A DNA stretch of 64,000 bases from the NCBI GenBank assembly GCA_963813075.1, contig CAWEXU010000013.1, positions 96,001-160,000 on the forward strand, read 5' to 3'. The number at the start of each line of letters is the position of its first letter. Position 1 is the stretch's first letter. The notes beneath the pieces are model-generated. The model worked only from the letters and a program-made list of their open reading frames with translations. It was not told the origin of the DNA and searched no databases. The DNA is from Methanotrichaceae archaeon (GTDB lineage: Archaea; Halobacteriota; Methanosarcinia; Methanotrichales; Methanotrichaceae). The translations under genes and the position numbers were made by a program. Below, one piece after another: positions 1 through 9,335 of the stretch.

Positions 1-582
1 GGATGAAAGCATCAGCGCCCAGACAACTGCCAGGGGCAAGAACAAATAGAGTACTGACCTGGTCAGATCGACCCAGAAGTTTCCAATCTCATCGATATTC
101 TTGCGAGTAAATCCCCTGATGACAGCCATAGCTGCGGACAGTCCCGTGGCTGCTGAAAGGAAATTTTGTACTGTCAGCCCTAGCATCTGGGCCAGGTAGC
201 TGAGCGTCTGCTCGCCGCTGTAGGATTGCCAATTGGTATTGGTGGCGAAAGATATAGCAGTGTTCAGGGCGGTGTCCCAGCGGACTGCTCCAAGGCCCTG
301 GGGATTCAATGGGAGAAAACTCTGTATTTCCTGAAGTGAGAACACAGCCACAATTCCTAAGATATTGAAGAGCAGAAGCGATGATGCATAGGTCTTCCAG
401 TGCATTTCTCGACTCTCATCAACTTCTGCAATTCTGTAAATCCCTTTTTCTATGGGCCGGATCAATGGCGAGAACAGAGTCTTATCGCCGCTGAATATCT
501 TCGCTATGTATTTTCCAGTAGGAGCTGCCAACACCACCAGGGCACTGAGCAGAAAGGCTACATATGCAAATTCTGTTAGCAT
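1..582 (-). CDS. kdpA: Potassium-transporting ATPase subunit A, 5' part (runs off the window start)
   Basis: Manual translation from ATG at 582: MLTEFAYVAFLL...LPLNPQG...FATNTNWQSYSGE...LGLTVQNFLSAATG...GNFWVDLTRS, hallmark KdpA motifs. Confidence 0.95.
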   Translation of the reverse strand, partial: MLTEFAYVAFLLSALVVLAAPTGKYIAKIFSGDKTLFSPLIRPIEKGIYRIAEVDESREMHWKTYASSLLLFNILGIVAVFSLQEIQSFLPLNPQGLGAVRWDTALNTAISFATNTNWQSYSGEQTLSYLAQMLGLTVQNFLSAATGLSAAMAVIRGFTRKNIDEIGNFWVDLTRSVLYLFLPLAVVWALMLSS

Positions 583-611
583 TATGCCACCTCAAATTAA
601 GATATATTATT

Positions 612-651
612 CTATGATCATAGGTTATTCGCAGCCAATAGTCTATTGGCT
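612..651. promoter_or_regulatory. Two perfect inverted repeats upstream of kdpA
   Basis: CTATGATCATAG palindrome (612-623) and AGCCAATAG-T-CTATTGGCT (633-651). Confidence 0.4.
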
Positions 652-1049
652 ACCTTGGCCGCCTCAGCGTCAGCTTATTGGAAATCATGGTTTGATCTCC
701 TTGCAGCAGGCCTGAAAATGGTCTCATCTTGTCCCTCTCTTGGAGACGAAATAGGATTGTTTTCATCACTCCAATCAATTTCTATGAAGCCCCTCCTATT
801 CGGGAGTCGTATAAATATGTATTTGAGAAGGATTATGAAAAATAATCGTGCACAAATAAATATTGCGATTCCTCTGATTCGATCCTGAGTTTTTTGAGAG
901 GCTGCGAGATAAGTTGTGGAAATGAGGCATCCTTGCTCTATCTGCCTTGTTCAGGCTAAATCTTTCTCATTCTCGCCATAAATTAATAGAAATAAGGTTT
1001 TAGAGGGCCAGAGCAGCAAATTGAAGTATATTCTCTCCATAAATCTATT

Positions 1050-1807
1050 GTGGAAGGCAATATCCTCATCGCCCTGGCTCTGACCCTCTTCGCCGGCCTG
1101 GCCACGGGAATCGGAAGCCTGCTCTCCTATCTGATCCCCAGGCCCGACATGCGCTACCTCTCGCTGAGCCTGGGCTTTGCTGCAGGAGTGATGGTCTACG
1201 TGGGATTTGTGGACCTCTTCTGCAGCTCCAGGCTCGTCCTGGGCTTCGGCTATGCCAATCTCTTCTTCCTGGTGGGTCTGGTCCTGATCTATCTGCTCGA
1301 CCACCTCGTTCCCCATATCCATATGGACGGCCAGGTGGACTCCCAGTGCAACAGGCTTTACCGGAGCGGGATTATGACCACCATCGGCATTGCCATCCAT
1401 AACCTGCCCGAGGGGATGACCGTGGCCCTGGTCTCCCTGGCCGACCTGCGGCTGGGGGTGCCTGTGGCCATAGCCATCGCCATCCATAACATCCCGGAAG
1501 GCCTGGCCTGCAGCATTCCCCTTTACTGCGCCACATCCGACCGGAGGAAATCCTGCCTGATCTCCTTTGCCGCGGGAATGACTGAGCCCTGGGAGCGATT
1601 CTGGCCATCCTGATCCTCTATCCATTCCTGAACGACTGGCTCATAGCTGCCGCCACCGCCCTGGTGGCGGGCATCATGGTCTTCCTCAGCTTTGACGAGC
1701 TGATTCCCATAGCCAACCGATATGGGGACGAACATACCACAAACATAGGCCTTATCGCCGGATTTTTGGTGATGATGGCGGGATTGGTCTTGATGGAATC
1801 GATATAA
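1050..1807 (+). CDS. zupT: ZIP-family zinc/metal transporter, frameshift near 1590
   Basis: GFAAGVM, IAIHNLPEG and IAIHNIPEG motifs; C-terminus (VAGIMVFLSFDELIP) continues in another frame to TAA at 1805-1807. Confidence 0.9.
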
Positions 1808-1837
1808 ATCCTAGACCGATAGAAAGAGTGATGGTGA

Positions 1838-2500
1838 ATGGAAATGAAATGGATATTCCTGTGCAGCCTATTTCTGCTGCTCCTGGCAGCCTCGAATTGG
1901 GCAAATGCATCCGATCAGGATCTTTTGATCTCTGAGGTCGAGAGCTCGAGCGGCGAGGTGAATGAGAGCGCTCTGGTGCTGGCCCTGGCTGGAGAGCCAT
2001 CCGGAGAGCTTACCCGGGCAGAGGTCGATGGCCTGTTATTTATGATCGAGGAGGAGAAGCTGGCTGCCGACGTCTATTCGGCACTGGATGAAAAGTGGGA
2101 TATGCGCGTCTTTGAGAACATCGGAAGGGCAGAATTAACTCATCAGGCAGCGGTAAAAAGGCTTCTTGATAGGTATTCATTGCCGGATCCCAGGATGGGG
2201 GAGGGAGAGTTTGCCAATGAAACCCTGCAGGACCTCTACAATGATCTGCTGGCCCAGGGAAGCGTTTCGGTCAGTGACGCCCTCATGGCGGGAGCGGCGA
2301 TAGAGGAGATAGATATCTCCGATTTAGAGGAATATATGGCGCAAACGGATAAAGAGGACATACTGCTCGTGTATGCCAATTTAATGCGCGGATCGGAGAA
2401 CCACTTCCGGGCATTTGTCAATAACCTGGAAAGGCAGAGGGTCGAGTACACTCCTCAGTACCTGTCGGAGGAGGAGTACCGCAGCATAATGGAAGCCTGA
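1838..2500 (+). CDS. DUF2202-like ferritin-like di-iron protein with signal peptide
   Basis: EEEKLAADVY, E..H, IEEIDI, GSENHFRAF motifs; hydrophobic N-terminus. Confidence 0.85.
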   Translation: MEMKWIFLCSLFLLLLAASNWANASDQDLLISEVESSSGEVNESALVLALAGEPSGELTRAEVDGLLFMIEEEKLAADVYSALDEKWDMRVFENIGRAELTHQAAVKRLLDRYSLPDPRMGEGEFANETLQDLYNDLLAQGSVSVSDALMAGAAIEEIDISDLEEYMAQTDKEDILLVYANLMRGSENHFRAFVNNLERQRVEYTPQYLSEEEYRSIMEA

Positions 2501-2519
2501 AGCTGACTGCAAAGGGTCT

Positions 2520-3105
2520 ATGGCATCCAGGCAAGAGAGCGGCGAAATCGATCCCGTCCAGGCCCCTTCCGTGCTGAGAGTAGCCCTCTACTCTCTGCTC
2601 TTCAACCTGGCCCTGGTGGCAGCCAAGCTCACCCTATCTTTTCTATCCGGGAGCCTGGCCTTGCGAGCGGATGCCATTCACTCCACGGTGGATGTTATGG
2701 CCTCGATGGCCCTGATCCTGGGGGTGAAGATCTCAGAGAGGAAGAGCGAGAGCTTTCCCCTGGGGCTTTATAAGGTGGAGAACCTGGCATCCATCGCCAT
2801 CTCCTTTTTGGCGAATCCGGTTATTTCGCCCTGATGGATATGGATTTCGAGGAGATGAGGCTAGTCCGCCAGGAGATCTTGGCCAACCCCATAAGGATCT
2901 GAGCAAAGGCAGGGGGCTGAAGGTTGTCCAGTTTCTTTTGGGCTTCAAGCCCGATGTCGTCATCTCTCGAGAGCGCCTGGAGGGCAAGGGACCTGGCTAT
3001 GCCTTTGCCGAGGCGGGGGTGGAGACGGTGCAGACGGACGCCGAGACTCTGGTGGTGCTGGTGGCCGGTATATTGGAGGCAGAAGGGAAGAGTGCAAATC
3101 TTTAA
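2520..3105 (+). pseudogene. Internally deleted cation diffusion facilitator fused to a NifB/NifX-like C-terminal domain
   Basis: CDF N-terminus (SGSLALRADAIHS..D, FPLGLYKVENL) breaks near 2808 and joins a NifX-like fragment (GESGYFAL...ANPH...GKGPGYAFAEAGV) in other frames. Confidence 0.7.
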
Positions 3106-3223
3106 ATACAATATCGCATATAGGAGTAATTGCTCTTTCCCTCTCATCTACACTTGTCGGCAGGAGCAGAACGGCCCAAATTAGAGCATGATATGTTCGA
3201 AAAATCATAATCAGTGAGGTTTA

Positions 3224-3715
3224 ATGAAAGTATGTATTACTGCAGGGGCATCAGGGCTTGATGCTCCCATGGATCCCAGGTTTGGGCGCTGTCCCTTTTT
3301 TGTGATTGTAGATACAGACAGCATGAGCGAGAACTCAATTGTTAACTCCAATGTCAATGCAACCAGCGGCGCTGGCATACAGGTCGCCCAGGAGATAGCC
3401 AGGCAGGGAGCAGCAGCTCTTATCACCGGAAACGTCGGCCCCAATGCCATGCAGACCCTCTCCGCAGCCAAGATCGATGTTTATCAGTACCAGGGAGCAG
3501 GTAGCGTCAGGGACGTGGTGGAGAAGTTCAAGCGGGGCGAGCTTGTAAAGATCGCTGATGCATCCGTATCCGCTCATGCCGGCATGGGCCAGGGTGGCCA
3601 GGGCGGCCAGGGCATGGGACGGGGCGGCGGCGCTGGAAGGGGCGGCGGTCAGGGCAGAGGAAGAGGAGGCGGTCAGGGTAGCGGCCAGGGTGCGGGCAGA
3701 GGAGGGCAGTTTTAA
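3224..3715 (+). CDS. NifB/NifX-family (FeMo-cofactor-binding-like) protein with Gly-rich tail
   Basis: DPRFGRCPFF, GAGIQ, ITGNVGPNA motifs; GGGxGRG tail. Confidence 0.9.
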   Translation: MKVCITAGASGLDAPMDPRFGRCPFFVIVDTDSMSENSIVNSNVNATSGAGIQVAQEIARQGAAALITGNVGPNAMQTLSAAKIDVYQYQGAGSVRDVVEKFKRGELVKIADASVSAHAGMGQGGQGGQGMGRGGGAGRGGGQGRGRGGGQGSGQGAGRGGQF

Positions 3716-4074
3716 TGAAGGTCTGCGTTCCCTCCATGGGCAATTCCGGCCTGGATGAGGCCATCTGCCAGCATTTCGGACGGGCTCCCACATTCACCGT
3801 GGTGGACCTGAACAACAATGAGATCCGCGTACTGCCCAATGTATCCGAGCACATGGGCGGGACGGGCCTGCCCACAGAGACCATATTTGCCGAGGGCGTC
3901 CAGGTGCTGATCGTAGGCGGCCTGGGTCCCAAGGCGGTCATGGCTTTCAGCGAGGCGGGAATAGACGTGTTCGTAGGTGCTACAGGCACCGTCAAGGATG
4001 CCATCGATGACTGGCATGAGGATCTACTGAGCCGCGCCAGCCCTGATAACGCCTGCCAGGATCATAAGCATTAG
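3715..4074 (+). CDS. NifB/NifX-family protein
   Basis: HFGRAPTF, GGLGPKA motifs; start overlaps the upstream stop. Confidence 0.9.
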   Translation: MKVCVPSMGNSGLDEAICQHFGRAPTFTVVDLNNNEIRVLPNVSEHMGGTGLPTETIFAEGVQVLIVGGLGPKAVMAFSEAGIDVFVGATGTVKDAIDDWHEDLLSRASPDNACQDHKH

Positions 4075-4094
4075 TCCTGCATAAGGGGGATGAG

Positions 4095-4943
4095 TTGAAG
4101 CTATCCATAGCTAGCGGCAAGGGCGGCACTGGGAAGACCCTGGTCTCCACATCGCTTGCTGCCTCTCTCCATTCCCGGATGGGTGGAGGGATCACAATCG
4201 CAGATTGCGATGTTGAAGAGCCCAATAGCTACCTATTCTTTCCGGACAGGACCCTTCTGGAAAAAGAAAGCTGCCAGGTTGCTGTGCCGCTGATAGATGA
4301 GAAGTTGTGCACCCATTGCGGCAAATGCAGTGATGTCTGCGCTTATCACGCCCTGGCCGTGCTCCCCGGAACGGTGCTGATCTTTCCCGAGCTCTGCCAC
4401 GGCTGCGGGGCCTGCAGCATAGTATGTCCAGAGAAGGCCATAAGCGAAGGCTCTCGATCGATAGGAGAGATATTTCATGCCCGCTCCGATGGCATGGATA
4501 TCATCTGGGGAGAGCTGGCCTTAGGCGAGGCCAGGACCACTCCTCTCATCAAAGCGGTAAAAGAGAGGGCACAGGGTGATACGGTGATCGTCGATTGCCC
4601 CCCAGGCACCTCCTGCTCCATGGTGGAGTCGGTGCGGGGGAGCGATTTTTGCCTGCTGGTCACCGAGCCCACCCCCTTTGGCCTGTACGACCTGGACATC
4701 GCTTTGAGGGTGCTGGACAAGATGAACATTCCTCAGGCGGTACTGGTCAACAAGAGCGGTGTGGGTGACCGGAAGCTCTACCAATACCTCGGGGAGAAGA
4801 AGATACCCCTTTTGATGGAGATTCCTCTGGACCGGAAGATCGCCGAGATCTACTCCCGGGGAGAGATATTCGTCCTGGGTATGCCGGAGTGGAAGGAGAG
4901 GTTTGTCGAGTTGGCGAAGAGAATTGAGGAGATGATATTATGA
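4095..4943 (+). CDS. MinD-superfamily P-loop ATPase with inserted 2[4Fe-4S] ferredoxin domain
   Basis: SGKGGTGKT, DCDVEEPN, two CxxCxxCxxxC clusters, DCPPGTSC, VTEPTPFG. Confidence 0.9.
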   Translation: MKLSIASGKGGTGKTLVSTSLAASLHSRMGGGITIADCDVEEPNSYLFFPDRTLLEKESCQVAVPLIDEKLCTHCGKCSDVCAYHALAVLPGTVLIFPELCHGCGACSIVCPEKAISEGSRSIGEIFHARSDGMDIIWGELALGEARTTPLIKAVKERAQGDTVIVDCPPGTSCSMVESVRGSDFCLLVTEPTPFGLYDLDIALRVLDKMNIPQAVLVNKSGVGDRKLYQYLGEKKIPLLMEIPLDRKIAEIYSRGEIFVLGMPEWKERFVELAKRIEEMIL

Positions 4944-5795
4944 AGCAGGTCGCTATAGTTAGCGGGAAAGGCGGAACCGGCAAGACCTCGATCATCGCCT
5001 CATTGGCAGCTCTTGCCCAGGGAACGGCAGTCTTTGCCGACTGCGATGTGGACGCCCCTGACCTGCACCTCATCCTCTGTCCCGAGATCCTGGAAAGGCG
5101 GGAGTTCTATGGCATCCAGAGGGCATTCATAGATCTAGAGAAATGCATCCAGTGCGGGATCTGTCAGGATGCCTGCCGCTTTGGTGCCATAAGCGATTTT
5201 GAGGTTGAAACTCCCCTCTGCGAGGGCTGTGGGGTATGCCAGCTGGTCTGTCCCGAGGATGCGGTCGAGATGAGGGAGGTCCAGGCCGGTGAGGCCTATA
5301 TCTCCCAGACCAGATTCGGTCCCCTGGTCCATGCCGAGCTGTATCCTGGAGAGGAGGCATCGGGAAAGCTGGTGGCCATGGTCAGGGAGATGGCTCGCGA
5401 CCTGGCGGCAGAGAAGAATCTGGATCTGATCCTCATAGACGGCTCTCCGGGCATAGGCTGTCCGGTGATCGCATCATTGACCGGAGTCGACCTGGCCTTG
5501 GTGGTGACCGAGCCCACAGTCACCGGGGAGCACGATCTGGTGACGGCTTTTGGATGTGGCCGGCCACTTCGGCATAAAGACCACGGTCTGCATCAACAAG
5601 TACGACCTCAACCCCCAAGCTGCGAGGCAGATCGAGGAGCTGTGCGAAAAGAGAGGGGTGAAGATCGCGGGAAGGCTGCCCTATCATACCTCGGTCATCG
5701 ATGCCATGGTCCGGGCTCAGGCGGTGGTGGAGATCGGAGGGCCGGTGGCCGGGGCGATCGAAGAGATGTGGAAGGGCCTGAAGGAGCGGCTTTGA
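4940..5795 (+). CDS. Second MinD-superfamily ATPase with ferredoxin domain, frameshift near 5545
   Basis: SGKGGTGKT, DCDVDAPD, CxxCxxC x2, DGSPGIGCPV; C-terminus INKYDLN in ORF 5550-5795. Confidence 0.88.
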
Positions 5796-5945
5796 ACTGC
5801 CTTCGGAAAGATGTCCAATCTTCGAGCAGCCGTTCCTGGAAAGATACCATTTCTGCCGGTTAATCCAGGCATTATATATGTCTAATATGAAGGTTGATTT
5901 TTTATTGCCTAAAATGAAGAGAAAGTATTGGGGGTTTTGATCAAG

Positions 5946-6545
5946 ATGAAAGCAAAGTATCCTCTGGCCCGTGGGGCCATAATGGTCTGTCTGATAGCCT
6001 GCCTCTTCGTGCAGGCCCAGGCTTCCGATCCACTGGGAAGCGATATCTTTCTCATGCCCGGTGAGTCAAGAGGTATTGCCGGTCAGGATAATGTTTAGAC
6101 CTATATCGATCCGTATGCCGATCCGCTGAGCATTGACCCGTTGATGCGCCCGATCGATCCACAGCATTCGGCGGAGTATCTGGATAAGGTCATTGGCCGG
6201 GAGTATGCCGGTCCCTTTGCTAATGTCACAGAGGATCTGCGGGGCAACTGGAAGATGAATCTTTATGGCAGCATGCCGGGTACAATGGATCTTATGCTCG
6301 TGCAGAACAGGGATGCGGTCTTTGGACGGGGTGTAATAACCTCTTTCGCAACGACAAAAGACCTATCCGCCAGCGGCTGGACGGCTAAGGATGTGCTCTA
6401 TCTGGATATGGTTGATATGCAGAACATGATGCTCTACCGCTGCACTCTGACCATGAGCGAAAATAACCTCTCCGGCAGCTTCAGTGCCTATGATGCACAG
6501 GGAGGAACCTGGTCAGGAACCATACAGGCAAGCCGCCAGGCATAG
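5946..6545 (+). CDS. Secreted hypothetical protein interrupted by an in-frame TAG at 6096-6098
   Basis: ATG 5946 gives a signal peptide (MKAKYPLARGAIMVCLIACLFVQAQA) in the same frame as ORF 6141-6545, with a single amber stop between. Confidence 0.6.
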
Positions 6546-6587
6546 ATCGAATAGTCCGAGATCGTGGGGCCAAAATCGGCCCAGATG

Positions 6588-6633
6588 GGACTGGGCTGGA
6601 CAGGACTGTACAAGGCTGGATAAGACTGAACAG
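6588..6633. repeat. Degenerate ~10-bp tandem repeat
   Basis: ggctggacag gactgtacaa ggctggataa gactgaacag. Confidence 0.5.
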
Positions 6634-6744
6634 AATTCCGCTCCCGGGACCTCCTGATCAAGATCGCTTATCAAGATTCCTTGATCGGGATATCACCGCG
6701 GATTTGAGGGCTGAATGGGCTTCGCTAAATATCCAGTGACTCTC

Positions 6745-7713
6745 TTATTCGGTTCCGATCTTATCCAGTTTCTCGGGGCGTCTCAAGTAGAAGCTATTGC
6801 CCTGATATTCGGTGCGGACGAGCTCCTTTTTCTCCACCAGCTCCTCTATAATATCCCAGCTATCTTTTGATTTTTCTAAAAATCCTCTAAGCGCCCCCTC
6901 TCTCATGGGGTGAACGGAAGCGATCGCCAGGATATCCTCTTTTGCGTCGCCGGTGAAGTCGAAGCTATCTCCCTCATATCCGACCAGAAGCTCGACCTTC
7001 TTCAGCCTCTGGCTGAATATCTGATGAGACCGGCACAGGCTCTCCGGGGAGGGCATCTGTACCCATGATTCTGCCGGAGGACGGATGGGAACGGAGATAT
7101 AGGATACATCAGGATCGACCCCTTCCAGGAACTCAACTATTGCCTGGTGGCTGGCCTGGTCATCGTTTATGCCCGCTATAAGCATAGTCTCCGTGGCCAG
7201 CACGCCGTTATAATCCCGGGCGAAATCTTCGATTCCCTGGAGGATGGCATCAAGCCTGAGCCTCTTATGTGGCCGGTCTATTCGCCGCCAGGCCCTCTCG
7301 TCCAGAGAATCCACCTTGAGCGACACCCAGTCCGCTTTGGACAGATCCTCTCGAACCAAATCATCCCAGATCAGGGAGGCATTGCTGATCACGGCTATTT
7401 TTATGCCGAGAGGTTTGAGCATCTCTATCTCTTCGCCCAGGTTGCTGTCCAGTGTGGGCTCGCCGTCAGGAACAAAAGTCAAGTAATCGATTTTCAGGCC
7501 CAGCTCTCTTGCTTCTGCCACCTTCTCACTCACCTGGTCGAAGATCTGCTGGAGGGGATAGTAGGGATGGCGCTCTGCTGACAATTGCAGAGTTCTGCCT
7601 ACCTGGCAGTAGGCGCAGGAATAGCTGCAGATCTTGGCCGGAATGTTATTGATCCCCAGGGATCGTCCCAGCCGGCGGGAGGGAACAGGCCCAAAAACTA
7701 TCAATCTCTCCAT
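6745..7713 (-). CDS. Radical SAM protein (COG0731-like)
   Basis: FGPVPSRRLGRSLGIN, CSYSCAYC, GEPTL. Confidence 0.9.
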   Translation of the reverse strand: MERLIVFGPVPSRRLGRSLGINNIPAKICSYSCAYCQVGRTLQLSAERHPYYPLQQIFDQVSEKVAEARELGLKIDYLTFVPDGEPTLDSNLGEEIEMLKPLGIKIAVISNASLIWDDLVREDLSKADWVSLKVDSLDERAWRRIDRPHKRLRLDAILQGIEDFARDYNGVLATETMLIAGINDDQASHQAIVEFLEGVDPDVSYISVPIRPPAESWVQMPSPESLCRSHQIFSQRLKKVELLVGYEGDSFDFTGDAKEDILAIASVHPMREGALRGFLEKSKDSWDIIEELVEKKELVRTEYQGNSFYLRRPEKLDKIGTE

Positions 7714-7724
7714 CTCTATTATCC

Positions 7725-8585
7725 TTAAAACTCGATTGAATCTCCCACTGTCAGAGTCTGGCAGCTCTCGCCTAAGACCTCCTGCAGCCGGGAGAGTGCC
7801 TTCTGACCGGTGCAGTGCCCTGGCCGGACAATTGCCGGGTCCAGATCGAGCAGGGCCCTGGCGGTGGCATCTATGCGCTTATTGTCTGCGCCCATGAGGT
7901 GGAATCCTCCTATCACCGCATACAGCCTCTCTTCTCCGGTTATCCTCTGGGCGTATCTTATGGTGTTGATGATGCCGCTATGGGCGCAGCCGCTGATCAC
8001 AATCAACCCCCTTCCAGGCAGATGTATGGCCAGTGATTGATCGTCAGGAATGGGGTCCGGAGAGTACTGCTCATCTCTCATGGTCCAGAATCCCTCCACC
8101 GTCTCGTAGGCCTCCACCCGAGGCACCTCGCCGGTGGTCATGACCCCCGGAGCCAGCGTTGCCGGGCCGCGGCAGGGGAGCATTATCGCCCCTGCAGCCT
8201 CCACTTGGTCCCGGGTGAAGGGAGCGCCTATGTACTTGAGATAAGGCCGGACCTTCAGCTTGGGAGCGAAGATATCCGGATGGGCAATAATTGGAATCGG
8301 AGCCTTCCTCCTCTGCAGCATGCCCATCAGTCCGCCGGTGTGATCATAGTGGCCGTGGCTGAGGCAGATCAGGTCGATCTCCTCTGGATCTATATGCAGA
8401 GCATCGGCATTATGGAGCATCACCTCCGGGGTTGCTCCTGTGTCCCAAAGCAACTTCATGCTCTCAGATCCTAGATTCATATCCAGATCCAGCAGGACGG
8501 ACAGGCCATGCTGGGCCTGCAGATGGTCGTTCTCAAGGGAAGCGGAGTTTTCAACCACAATGGTCAGACCAAGGTCCTGGAGCAT
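7725..8585 (-). CDS. MBL-fold metallo-hydrolase
   Basis: HGLS, WDTG, LSHGHYDHTGG, GCAHSG, GGFHL, HCTG. Confidence 0.9.
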   Translation of the reverse strand: MLQDLGLTIVVENSASLENDHLQAQHGLSVLLDLDMNLGSESMKLLWDTGATPEVMLHNADALHIDPEEIDLICLSHGHYDHTGGLMGMLQRRKAPIPIIAHPDIFAPKLKVRPYLKYIGAPFTRDQVEAAGAIMLPCRGPATLAPGVMTTGEVPRVEAYETVEGFWTMRDEQYSPDPIPDDQSLAIHLPGRGLIVISGCAHSGIINTIRYAQRITGEERLYAVIGGFHLMGADNKRIDATARALLDLDPAIVRPGHCTGQKALSRLQEVLGESCQTLTVGDSIEF

Positions 8586-8744
8586 GGGTTGTTATATGGC
8601 TGCTGGGAGCTTAAGGATGACGCGCCAGGGCCGCTTTTGTCTCGCATTTCCTGTCTTTCCAGGCCAATTGACTGCCAGGCGCAATATCTTTATCTGCCTG
8701 TGCCCTGCAATATAAAGTAAAATTGAAATAGAGCAAAAAAAATT

Positions 8745-8805
8745 GATTAGATTCGATTTAGATCTGACTTGATTTGATCCGATCTGACTTGATTTGAATC
8801 GAAAT
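8745..8805. repeat. Degenerate GATYN pentamer tandem repeat
   Basis: gatta gattc gattt ... (gatct gactt gattt) x2. Confidence 0.6.
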
Positions 8806-8824
8806 GCAGCGATAGGTGAAGTGA

Positions 8825-9335
8825 ATGAGGCATAATCATATTGGCTTGCTGGCGTCCATGGCGGTCATCTTTATCCTGATCTCTCTGGGTGCATCGGCTT
8901 TGGAGGACGGCACTTATCCCAAGAGCGTGGTGGACAGCGCGAATAGGTCGGTTTCAATTCCCCTGCCCATAGAGAAAGGATCATAGTGCTCAATTCAGAT
9001 GCTGCCGAGGCGGTGGTGACGCTTGGAGCGGGGGATAAGATCGTGGGCATAACCCGGGCGATACAGGAGAGGAGCAGCCATCTTCCAGGTCTCGAGGATA
9101 AGCAGGTGATAGGGAGCAGTCAGATGGGCGGGGATGCGGACTATGAGCTGATTGCACCCAAGAAGGGTCTGGGTGATCTGATCACCTAAGGGAATGGCTC
9201 GGGGATGCAAGATCTCGTCCGGTCGGCCAGGGGAATGAATATTGCCGGAAAGCTGGAAAAATCGGCCCATGTCGAATGGGAGTGGGTGCTGACGGAGGAC
9301 CCGGAGGTGATAGGTAATATCCGTTACCACAAGAT
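8825..9335 (+). pseudogene. Fragmented iron/cobalamin ABC transporter substrate-binding protein
   Basis: Signal peptide, YPKSVVDSANRSVSIP.P.ERIIVL, LGAGDKIVG and WEWVLTEDPEVI pieces in different frames with large deletions; abuts the stop of the kinase gene. Confidence 0.7.

Noticed and set aside
3105..3210. Palindromic operator upstream of the NifX/MinD operon (GAGCAT-GAT-ATGTTC)
   Set aside because: Short and imperfect; cannot be distinguished from chance without comparative data
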